From the NCBI RefSeq assembly GCF_964355755.1, contig NC_092672.1, forward strand, positions 7,130,001-7,194,000: a stretch of DNA of 64,000 nt, in the 5' to 3' direction. The translations under genes and the position numbers were made by a program. Position 1 is the first letter of the stretch. The number at the start of each line of letters is the position of its first letter. Below the pieces are notes generated by a model. It made no database searches. It saw only the letters and a program-made list of their open reading frames with translations, and was not told the DNA's origin. This DNA is from Antedon mediterranea. Its lineage: Eukaryota > Animalia > Echinodermata. Shown here one piece after another: positions 39,801 to 51,200 of the stretch.

Positions 39801-42800
39801 GATTTGAAGACCCTTACAGAAGACTCGGTTCTCGGGCAAATTGTTCCATATATTGTTCCACTAACACAAGAACTTATGAGATAAATCTCCTCTTTTTGCA
39901 AAAGTTTCTAACTCTTTAAATCATACTTTATCGTGTAGCTTCATTCGAGTGTCCAGCAAACACATACAAGTGTCCGAGCTCGTACTGCATAACAATCAAA
40001 AGCCGATGTGATGGGCGAGATGATTGCGAAAATGGAGAAGATGAACAGTATTGTGAGGATTATAACTGTCCAGGATACTTCAAATGTCAAGATGCGTCAA
40101 ATTGTATTTCTCAAGGTCGTGTGTGTGACGGAATCAAAGACTGTCTTCGTGGGGATGATGAACTTTTTTGCGGTAAGATGTGATTCAAAATTCAAAAAAT
40201 ATTAATACTAAATAAATAGAGAATCAGTCATAAAATAAGTAACACAAAGTGTCATCTATGTGTTCTAGATTATTTGGATACGTTGATTTAGGAAAAAATG
40301 AAACCGTAACGAATTGATCTTTAAAATTGTTCAAACTACTTTTCATTGATAAATTGTGTCATAGATATACAGTGTCCTAACGGGTGTTTCTGCCAGGACC
40401 TTTCATACAACTGTCATGGAGTAGAATGGACAGCGGAAAAAGCTGCCTTAATTTCGCCAGATGTACGATACTTGTAAGTAAAATAATTTATATTTTTATA
40501 TATGTATTGTTTATAAAAAGGTAACTAAACATTGTTTCCTTGCAAACAATTCCATACACAATTTGTCGCAGCCAATCATAAGATCAAAGGACTGTTAAAA
40601 CTTGGTCCTATATTGGCAAGGCGAGCTCAACATCATGTTGTTAAATTACCTTGATATTAAATAAGTTCTTTTTTTTTTATTTTCAGAAATCTAAGCAAAG
40701 TATCTATAGTTCCTTCAGAAGACACAGGTGAAGATCTGCTATTCTTAAATCCCAGTATTTTCAAATTAAATTTTGTTTTGTAAGTTATATTAAATAAAAA
40801 TAATGTTTAAATAATATTTATGTATAGAGATGAATAACTATGCGGCAGTAGTAGAGTATGTTCAAGTATTTTGTTTACACTTGTAGATGTAGTATAACTA
40901 TTGTGCTTTTTTTTAAACATTACTTAATAATGAGCATTTTCTTTTTACAGAGATATCTCTGGAAACAATATCAAGAAACTAACAGGTGAAATGTTTTATC
41001 AGTTAGACCATCTGACAACTCTGTAAGTCGTCATCACAATTTAGTAAACAGTTTTTAAAAATGGTTTTTGCATTTGGACTTTTGTCAATAGACGTAATAG
41101 AGGCCGACGTCATTAGGTTCCTATCTAGAGATCATGTATAACGTTATACAGTAATATGTATTCATCAAATGCACCAGAAAGCAGAATAGCAGGTTTATCG
41201 TAAATAGTAACGAATTTATAAACTTATATTTACCTATTCTAGATACATGCAAGGCAACGATATATCATCATTAGAAGGCGATGTCTTCCAGGATTTAAAA
41301 CAATTGAAATATCTGTAAGTAAACAATGTTAAACTTATATAGAGTAGACTAGTTGTAGTTTTTGGTAAACCTTTGAGTTTATTTTTTTCTAAACCTAATC
41401 TGAAGCTCATTAAACATGTTTAGTTAAATTTCTTTATACCGCTACAATTATAGTAGACTATATATATAATACTTTTGCATAAAAAAACATAAAAAACATA
41501 CATCAACATTTCGGAACTAATTGTTTATTTGTTTCATTAACAGTAATATTCATGGCAATGGATTGAAATCCATCGGCAAAGGAACATTTTTCGGATTATC
41601 AAAACTCCAGTATTTGTAAGTATAAAGTATTTTAAAGATGTACGTGAAATGTATCGGTTAATGGAGAAAACACCTTACAATTTAAATACAAAATAGCAAA
41701 AAAATATACACAAATATTAAATTACTAAGTAAAAGTTTCAGATAGTTATTTATCGTGTATATACATATAACAGAATGGTAACATTATTTATTTGTGCTCT
41801 ATTTTAGAAATATGTCTGGAAATAACATTGGTAACGTTGATAAATTGATATTCAAGGACTTGATGTCTCTTAAAACATTGTGAGTAATGCATCTTATGAA
41901 AGACAGACTCTTCTACAAAGTATATACAGCAGCTCTTGCTCTTATAGCGGTGTTGTGTCCATGTAGGAACCGCGAGCTTCATGAAGTAGTTTTTTCATTT
42001 CAGAATATCTGATGATTATTCATTTTGCTGTTTGTTGGAAGATGTTGGTTTTAACGACGTTGACTGTACGCCAGATGCAGACGTGTTTTCATCATGTGAC
42101 AATCTTATGCAGAATGTGTACCTTAGAGCTTTCTTATGGTTGTTTGGACTGAGTGCACTTCTTGGAAACAGTTTTGTAATCTTATGGCGATGGATAAATT
42201 GGCCTGCAAAGAAAAGTCCATCTTACACACAATCGTTTCTAATTACTAATCTTGCAGTTGCCGATATGCTTATGGGGTTGTATATGTTGATCATTGCCAG
42301 TGCCGATTCCTACTATCGGGAAGATTACGTCACACATGATAGCGAATGGAAGGCCAGTCGAATATGTACGCTTGCAGGAATCTTAGCCTTTCTATCCAGT
42401 GAATCGTCTGTGTACACTTTAACCGTCATTAGCTGCGACAGGTTTTTGCACATTGCATTTCCATTTCGCCGTTTTCATCTTACACAAGAAACAGTAAAAT
42501 TTGCAGTGGCTGTAGGATGGTTTCTGACCCTCTTCACGAGTATTCTTCCAGCATTACCAATCCCGTACTTTAACAATGAGTATTACGGTGTCACCAGCGT
42601 GTGTCTTGCATTGCCATTAACGTCGGAAAAAGTGAGAGGTTGGGAATATACCGCTGCGATTTTTATAGGTTTTAATTCGTTATGCTTCTTGCTAATTTTT
42701 GTTTGTTATTCAGGTGTGTTCATTTTAATAAAGATATCGAGTAGTAAAGTAAATCAAGCAGGAAACATGAATTCTGACAAGAATAAGCACATTGCAATTG

Positions 42801-45117
42801 CTATACGAATGGCTGTTATTGTCGCTACTGACTTCTGCTGCTGGGTACCCATCATAATAATGGGTATTTTATCATTGACAACATCTGTTAACATACCCGC
42901 CACGGTATATGCCTGGGCTGCAGTCTTCATTTTGCCAATAAATTCAGCAATTAACCCATACTTATATACAATAGCATCTTTAAAGAAACTTCAAAGGCAA
43001 CTAAAACCTTCTAAACATGTATCAGAAAGTATGCCAGCTACGGAAAGAATAAATGTGAAAATTGGTACGTAAAGAAAATTGTCTATTTCTTTATGTAATT
43101 AGGATGATAAATCGCCGTTACTGTTACTACAGAGAGAACAAAAAGTGTTTTTATTCTATATAAATAGTTTGGTCTAAATTTAAACGAACATTTATTTTTA
43201 GTAAGTTTTCTAGCCCTCTAAGTAATAATAATGGAAACTGTTTTCCAAGGGTCCCTCCTACGTTAATTATTTTATAATTGATTGTTAAACTTTTGTTATG
43301 TATGTCACGGAAACTGAACGTCATACATCACGTCACATTGTCTCTCTCCACCTAGTTACAGTAAGAACAACAAGCAATTATTGTAGTCATACTTTTAACT
43401 CTTGTTTTTGTCATTGTTTACTCAGAAGGTGTAACCATCCCACAAAATCGAAAAGAGCAATCTACCGTTGAGAAAATCGAAGCTATGTTATCAACTGGAA
43501 CAGACAGACATGGGAAAGAACTTGATGCAGACGTACGTAAACACCTTTCAATGGCGTTGAGATTTGCTAAGCAGCAACAGGCTGGAATTGTACAAGTAAG
43601 AACGTTTATTTATATTGTTATGTAAGTACACATCACAAAACAGAAAAATTTCTGAATAAAATGACAATGCGGTTCGTAGGCCTGTCAGTAGCTGGATCTC
43701 AATGGAGATTCAAATAAAATATGCAAAAATATAAATCTGAGCTTTCGCTAAACCGTGTAATCCTTCGTTAAACCGTGTAATCCGTCGTTAGGGCAAGTAT
43801 ATTATACTTATAAACTAGTGTTATGGGCAAGTTGCCTATCTTATCACCTATTGGCTTCAAATATGCTCCCCGCCGCAGTAATGATTTTGTGTGAAAAGTG
43901 TGAAGGATAACCATAATTCTGTTGTAGCCTTAAAATATAAAATATACAAATACATTACAAAAATATCATGTAGCAAATTAGGTTCAGTTATCTATATATA
44001 AATTATTACGTAAGAACAAAATTCGGTAAATCGCGTGTTACTAGAATGTTTAGGCCTACTCGATGGTATGATAAAGTTGGTTCGTACTTTCGATACTGAT
44101 TTTAACCACCTGATGTAACCCTGTTTACTGATTAAATTGAGTTAGATAATTAGTTATTGACAATTAAATTTAGGTTTAACGATTTGCCCCAAATAGGGTC
44201 AAATAGGATACACGGTCTAATGGATGTCTATCTAGAAAAATACCCGCACACAATAATACGAGGATGCCTCGCATTTTCTCCTAATCTCCTCCTACGATAA
44301 TTGTTTTTAATAGCTGAAAGCCGGTTGAACTTTTCCAGTACAGCATTATAATGTTGAAGACCGGCTGATTTTCTTTAAAAAATACTATTTTGATAGATTT
44401 AATAGACGTTTATAGGCCTACAAAAGGATTGCTTGGCGATGAATGGAACATTAGTATAAGATAATGCAAGTTGTTTCTATGTTGTATCTAAATGAACACA
44501 TGTCGTGTAAAGCCGATTTTCCACCAGGCGAATTGTTTCACGCGAATCAAAAGCGTCAGCTTTTACGCATGCGTAGATATGGATTTGGAAGACGCTTTCG
44601 AGTTGTACGAACAAATTTGCCTATTGGAAAATCAGGTTAAATGACAATAAAGATGTATTTATTGTTTTCTTTGGTTTCTTGCAGGTTGAGGTTGAGGATT
44701 GTGTGGAATCCGAAGAAAATACACAAGAAGAATCTGAAGACACTACACAAAATCAAACTCAAGACGAAACACAAGAACGAAGCGAATACTGTATAGGGGT
44801 ATCTAATTCTGCTTGTGATAACGTTATATAAGATGACCCGAGTAGTTTCTCTGTTGCATCTAAATGAACAAATAATAAGTCGTGTAAATAACAATAAAAA
44901 CGTATTGTTCTGTTTTGGTTTCTTCTAGGTTGAGGATTGTGTGGAATCCGAAGAAAACACACAAGAAGAATCTGAAGACACCTCACAAAATCGATCTCAA
45001 GACGAAACACAAGAACGAAGCAAATACTGTATAGGAGTGTCTAATCCTGCCTACGATAACGAATCATACGTCACTACAAGTCTCACCTATCAAGACGACA
45101 CACTTTTTCAGCATTAA
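23283..45117 (+). CDS. GRL101/RXFP-like multidomain GPCR (signal peptide, YPDTTS repeats, 7 SRCR, CTL-like, LDLa, kringle, ~6 more LDLa, LRRNT/LRR, 7TM), ~2068 aa
   Basis: Phase-consistent GT-AG exons: 23283-23352, 30192-30815, 31004-31309, 31559-31849, 32226-32519, 33120-33398, 33946-34239, 34457-34768, 35158-35460, 35815-35868, 36392-36724, 36947-37075, 37389-37628, 37920-38054, 38244-38360, 38680-38805, 38982-39137, 39939-40172, 40365-40473, 40687-40779, 40951-41022, 41243-41314, 41544-41615, 41808-41879, 42004-43064, 43426-43595, and last exon 44929-45117 (or 44685-44831). Motifs: SRCR GRVE..WGTICDD.W; kringle NFCRNP..PWCY; LDLa DC.D.SDE; 72-bp LRR exons; 7TM with [33 protein letters not shown]. 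The first two exons and the tail exons are less certain than the core. Confidence 0.9.
23558..28050 (-). pseudogene. LINE ORF2 (AP endonuclease + reverse transcriptase), broken by a 1-bp deletion at ~25883 and a nested insertion at 24299-25086
   Basis: WNINGL, CLVETW, VGDFN, VVDY, SDH; KSPGIDG, NYRGISL, QAGFR, (frameshift) [20 protein letters not shown]. The protein rejoins across the insertion as [23 protein letters not shown]. Confidence 0.92.
24299..25086 (-). mobile_element. 5'-truncated L2-like LINE nested in ORF2 of the host LINE
   Basis: Encodes an RT C-terminus ([41 protein letters not shown]), a short 3' UTR and a (TTA)n tail. The 5' junction shares GAAT microhomology with the host. 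Confidence 0.9.
28051..29040 (-). pseudogene. LINE ORF1: N-terminal leader + 2A motif + coiled coil + L1-type RRM (Transposase_22-like); one frameshift near 28705
   Basis: [30 protein letters not shown], then [29 protein letters not shown]-track pieces 28700-28897 and 28051-28707 rejoin if one A is removed from acgAAAtttg. Confidence 0.85.
29720..30075 (-). mobile_element. Degenerate 3' fragment of an RTE-clade LINE
   Basis: [17 protein letters not shown] resembles RTE ORF C-termini; ends in a (GAA)n tail at 29720-29748. Confidence 0.7.
30192..30799 (+). repeat. 18-bp minisatellite (~29 copies, tatccagatacaacctca) followed by (TAC)14; probably coding
   Basis: The repeat is directly visible and lies between a tttatttcag acceptor and a gtgagt donor. 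Confidence 0.95.
43645..43747 (-). mobile_element. Short degenerate relative of the Penelope-like element at 62962-63381
   Basis: Shares aaaatgacaatgc..tcagt.gctggatctcaatggagat and ends at gagctttcg. Confidence 0.6.
43990..44455 (+). repeat. Dispersed ~430-bp repeat, copy 2 (inverted relative to 2320-2757)
   Basis: Aligns by eye to the reverse complement of copy 1; starts tatctatatataaa. Confidence 0.7.
44510..44638. mobile_element. Small MITE (PIF/Harbinger-like, TAA target)
   Basis: TIRs agccgattttcca.caggcgaatt / aatttgcctattggaaaatcaggt flanked by taa. Absent from the paralogous duplicated intron segment at ~44885 (empty site). Confidence 0.7.
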
Positions 45118-48100
45118 ATGACAGTTCCAAAATAATATCGAACAATATCATAGTCTCTTTCATAAATTAATGCTAAACATTTTTTTCTCTGAACAAATAT
45201 GTTTGTACAATATTTTGGTTGAATACGTCATATTAATGTCACATAATAGTCACATTTGTAATATTTATCTGACAAAAACTGTTATTTAAAGTCTGATTTG
45301 AATATAATTATCAATCTTTATTTTTCATGTTCTTTTGGAAAAAACATGTTTATTGTAGTTTAAACCATAGTACATTGTTACTTATAATTGGCTAAAACTC
45401 ATTGGTCAGTTCAGCAATTTCCATAGAATTTAAGGTAATCATTTTGTAAATTTATAAATACTGTGCGATGTACGTTTCTCTTTTATTATTGTAAATACTT
45501 ACTTAAAAAAAAAATTAGGGCAAAGTTCGATCCTTTTTTAATTTTTTGATAAATAATCCTGTGTTCTGCGCATGTTACCTCAACATATTTTAGCCATTTT
45601 CCGAAAAATCCATGTACTATAGTACAGAAAAATTTTCGAATTCCGATAATTTTAATTTAGTAAAACTACTATTTTCATAAATGACATGCGCAGAGTCACA
45701 AATGTTGAAAAACCTCAATACATACGGTATAATTGAAAATTTTGCTATTTAGGCTATTTTTCGAGAAAAAAAAAATTCTTTCAATTTTTTCAAAAAATGG
45801 CCAAATTTTGAACCTTTTATAGTGTTATATTTGACATGCGCAGAATAATGCAATATAGTCTGCGCATGCTACCTCAATTGTGTTAAACAGTATATATTTA
45901 AACATTTTTCGAAACTGGGACCGCAATTTCGGAAAGCATAAGTTGATATATTATTAGCTAATTGTAGATGAGGATGACAATGATCTGTAAAAGAAAAAAA
46001 AATACGAAAAAACTACGTATTAATTCTAAACAATTTAATTGTCATTCAAAAATCTATTTCAAGAAAAGAACATTTCGACCTACTCATGATATTACAAATA
46101 TAAATATTTACTAGGAGAATCCCTTATTAAAAGAGGAGCAACTATCCCACAGTCGTACAGTAAAAATACATTAGTAGATTTCAAACCCAATACAAAAACA
46201 ACCTCGATTAAACCATTACTTAGAATAACTATTCTATAAAATAAAATAAATTATGTATTTAGTTGGATAATTAATAAGGATAATTAATGCAATAGAAACA
46301 TTATATAAGACATAATGAATAAAATAACTTATGTACTGTATACATTTTCGATATAAACTTCTTGATGAAATCAAGAATGCCGTGCCGTAATTGTATATAT
46401 CTATTTTCATAAAATTTGCTAAAAAACAAAAATATATGATTTGATTTTTTTTAAAATCATTATTTAAAAATAAGATTCTGGTAAAGAACCGTAATACATA
46501 ATGCTAATAATAAAATAAAGCATTGCAATTTCAGGAGTGCAGGCTATAAAAATAAAACCAGGCGTACTTTAAAATATATATGAGTTTTCAAAAGATACTT
46601 TGGTTACGGCAATAATACAAATATGGAATGTAACTGGATGTGATGTGAATACATTAATCTAAAATAATCAGTAATCTAAATTTTTAAACAAAAAATAACA
46701 AAAAGTACATTAAAATTATTATTTATAAAATGAAATTAATTTCTAGTAGTAAAATTATTAACAAATAATTATAAGGATGACGATGATCCAAGTAAAGTAA
46801 ATTGGGTTCCTGCTAAACTTTTAGATCAAATTGATCTTGTTGAAATCTCTAATGTATGATAGGTAAATTCTGCATCATACATCATAAGCCCAACAGCTTA
46901 ATACAGGTTCAACATATGATATATACAGTATGTGACACTGTACTATTACATAATTGCCTAATACTGTACAATTTATGCCATATATGTGAACACAAAGTAC
47001 AGAAAACTGTGTGAAATAACACAAAATTACAGTTCGAAAGACCAGTAAATTCAAATTGATAAAAGTGCTAAAAACGGCACCAAACTGTAATCAATTAAAT
47101 GGCCGCTCTACATGTTTTAATTGCATGTCTACAGTCTTACATTTTAATAATAGTCCCATTTCTGATGGCGAAAAAATGGAGTCAAACATTCACACTATTA
47201 AATCAGTTTTTTTTTTACTTCAAGCAGTAACAAGACATATGCAGATGTATTGAAACATACTCTTTATTTATTAATCAGCTTTTTTATTTCAAATACGAAA
47301 AAATTGATCGTAACATAACTTATAAATGTTAATTATTGTTTAAAATTTTAATTTTCTATCAATGTTCCATCTGATCAGTTTTCATCAAAAATATATTTGA
47401 TAGAAATGAATATCGTTTTATTGCTTTTGGTTGTGCGTTAATATTACTAGTTTATTGGAAGACAAGAGAATTAGAGCTACTAAGAACATTTTCTTAATAT
47501 ATTTCTGCTTGTTATTCAACTAAAATAATAAAAAAAAATATTTTATTATAGCACATTAGCAAATATTTAATTTATTTTTTTCATTTAATATTACACTATC
47601 GGTGAAATGAATGAAATATACATCATATTTCTATTATTAAGACGACACATAATATATTATTGCCGCTAGAAATTAATTAATAAAGTTTAATTTATTTCCC
47701 CCTAGAAATGTGAATTGAAAAATCACCAAGTAGCCTAGTAATTAGGTGGTTTAGAGGTATAGCATTAGTAAACTGGATCTGGTGGGTTCACACTTTGTGC
47801 ATACATTTTTTGGAAGGAGTATAATATACTATACATTTTTGTGGTCATGTTAGAATGGACACAATTCACTACTTCCATACAAGATGACAGTGTAAAATGT
47901 ATGTGTTATATTTTTATTCTATTCAGAGTCATTTAATATTTGATCTAAAAAAAATAGATAAAAACATGAAAATGAGTACTGCACAATGATCTCTAGCATG
48001 TCAGGAGCACACAGTATGAATACAGTGCAATAACTACAAGAAGTTCATAATTCATTAAAAAAATAATGTCATAGTTAAGTTTATAATAACATAAAATTAC

Positions 48101-48201
48101 CTGAAGAAATGAATCATTTAAAGTTCATTACCCAAACATACCATTATATCTAATCATATATATACACTATATTTTTGTTAATAATTAAACTCAACCAAAA
48201 A

Positions 48202-51200
48202 CTACTCTGTTTTCCAAACCTTATTTAGAACTTTAAGCACTTCATCATAAATAACAAATACAATTGCTACATCTAGACAAACCCTTGATAACCTGGGTAC
48301 AGTGCCCTTATAAAATCTGAAATAACAACAAAAAAAAGATAAATGTTTTACTTTCGATGAGAAATAAGGAAAACATAAAATGAACATTAACAACTATTTA
48401 ATAATATTACTGAATAATTATGAGGTGGCCTTTAGCTAGTGAGTCGCAGTGCTTTGGGCAGTGAGTGGCTAAGTGGTTAAAAAAGTGGAATTGAAATATG
48501 ACGTAGCCATAAAATCGGCAAGGGTTTAAGGCTCCCTTGCTCCATGGTTCTGGTTGTAGAACAAGTCTTCTCAGATAAGGACTATAAACTGTATGTGTAC
48601 ACATCTGAGTAGGGGGTTACCTCGGTGTACTCGTACCCACACAGCCACTGCCACACTCATCATTAATGGGCCCTCTGGGAGATCAGTCTTTGACTGAAGA
48701 GGTCCCCCAGTATAAAAAATTAATAACAAAATAAAAATTAGAGGGGGAAAAGAACCATGAAGGCAAGTTCTTAAAGTTAAACTGTCTCAATAAAGTTCAG
48801 TATATACATAGTGAGTTTTAATACATCAACAATGCTCTGTGAGAAGTGTTATCATATATAAACATTTATAATTTATGAAATTAAATAGTTTTTACTTACG
48901 CTCTAGGCCCTTCATTTTTCATAATTTGTGTTGCACAGTGCCATGTATTTTTATACTTGCTAGCTTCAAGGCCCTATGATAGTAAAAATATATTTGCACT
49001 TCAATTTCAATACATATATTAAAAATCAGACCTTACAAAACAGGGTACTGTAATGATGTAATTGTGCTGGTCGATTTGAGTGATTCGTTATTCTTATTCA
49101 ATTAAAGAACAAGTGCAGGTATTTTTTACAAATCCTAATCAAATTAGCATTTTAGTTATACTATTCAAAAAAATATTGAGCATTATATGAAATTAAGTAA
49201 GATATTAAAATGTGTGAATGGTGGTCAAAATAAGTACCATTACTTATTACTGACTTGACCAATTGAGAAATTGTTTGACACGACAGGATATATAAGACCT
49301 AATGAGAATAACACTTCTAAATCATACTGATTATTATACGATTGAAATCAGCCACTGTGTCAAAATAAGTTGACATTTGTATCTAATTGGTGTTGTCTTT
49401 AAATGAACCGCAAAACTACAATAACCTGCAATAACTCACCTGCATACGAGTCTTAATAACATCTAAGGGTGTGTTTCCAAACACACTACATGCTCCAGCA
49501 AAACCTCCGAATGCAGCTGTAATCAACGGATTAATGTTCTTATTTGGATCATCCCCTCTGTACCATTCACGCAGAGAGTCCATAACAAAGAATCGGATTG
49601 CTTGGTTAGATCCTTGCTTCATAATAGTGGCAGTAAGCCCTTGGTACGTGCCCCTAATACCTTCAAAATTTAAACCAATTATTAGTATTTATTATTTATA
49701 CTGGGTAACCTCTTCAGTTAAAGACTGTTCTCCAGAGGTTCCAGTGTATATTACTAGAATGAGTTTGTGACAGTGGCTGTGTGTAAACTAGTACACCAGG
49801 GTAACCCCCTACTTGTTTCGAAAGATGTACTAGGTTCTTTAAAGTGAACATGAACCAGATGTGTACATTGGACCTACTGTTTATAGTCCTTATCCGAGAA
49901 GACACGTTCCACCACCAAATCCATGGAGCGAGTGTGCCCTTGCTGATGTTATGGCTAAACGTATTATGGTGGTGCTGGATTATACCAGAGGATATACAGT
50001 ATTTCGTTTTCTATGACTTTTTAAATTGTTACATTACTTTAATTATAAAATATATACAAAACATATTTGTATTTGCCTTTTATATACAGTATATATATAT
50101 ATATATAAATATATAGATTAAGATTATAAAGGTTTGTAAAAACAATGTCATTTGTGACACTGTATTTACCTTGTTGTTTCACTATTTCCTTGACCCCATG
50201 TAGAAAGCCTCTGTACTTTGGTTTTGCCGATGTTTGATCGTTGATAAATTTTACTTTAACTGTTTCCATTGGTGTTACTGCAAGAATAGCTTCACTAACA
50301 CCAGCACCTAGTCCACAGAACAAACTGCCAGTTTTACTCAAGCTTCCATCATGCCGAGTTCGCCACTGTGTTTTTAAAAATTCATTAGCTCCAAACCTGT
50401 GTTCAAAACAAATTTATATCAAAAGTTTAATATCTAAAATAATAGTCTTGTCCCAAAGTGTTTTCGGATTCTTAAAAACGTTTAAACGTTGTATTTATTA
50501 TTATGTTTCCGATTAGTTATTATACATGATGTTGGTGGTGGGCGGATTAATTTATCACAATCTTGAATATTTCATATTGAGTATGTATATTGTACATAGA
50601 CATTAATGTTTATATTTTGTGTTTTTGTTAGCCATTGCCTGTAAAGCTCTATCTACACTATCAAAACTGAGAACAAAATGTGATGTGACCATAAATGGTC
50701 ACAATGATGTCATATCACTACCATATTTGAGCACATCACTACCAAGAGGGAGGGTAAATATTACTAAAAATGGTTTTGTTAATCGTTTGCCTAAGTTATA
50801 CCACTCACTATGTAAAATTGATGGATCTGTTGATATTTTTTTTGATTCCCTTGCTTGTTTCCGTCACTAGGTTTTGTCTAATGTCAGTAATATTTAAATG
50901 TTGTCTTGTTATCTATTGATTTTTGCTTGTATATAATATGTTATATTTTACGACTTTCAACCCTGTTAATGGTGACGTTTGGTCACTGTAGGGTGATGAT
51001 GAAATAAAATAAAAAATAAAAAAATTTTTGGGCATGTCACATTTTTTTTTATTAAACTAGTTTTATAGTAGACAAAGCTTGATTGGGAACTTTGTTCCTG
51101 TTAGAATGTTTTTGTGCAAATCATTTAGTGGAAAATTAGGTTTTTTAAAGCAGATATCCATGCACAGCTTTTTTATACTGGGTTTATAAGGGGCTATCGT

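Noticed and set aside
45515-46085. Possible DNA transposon with repeated ctgcgcatg motifs
   Set aside because: Looks repeat-derived, but no convincing TIR/TSD pair or second copy in the window.
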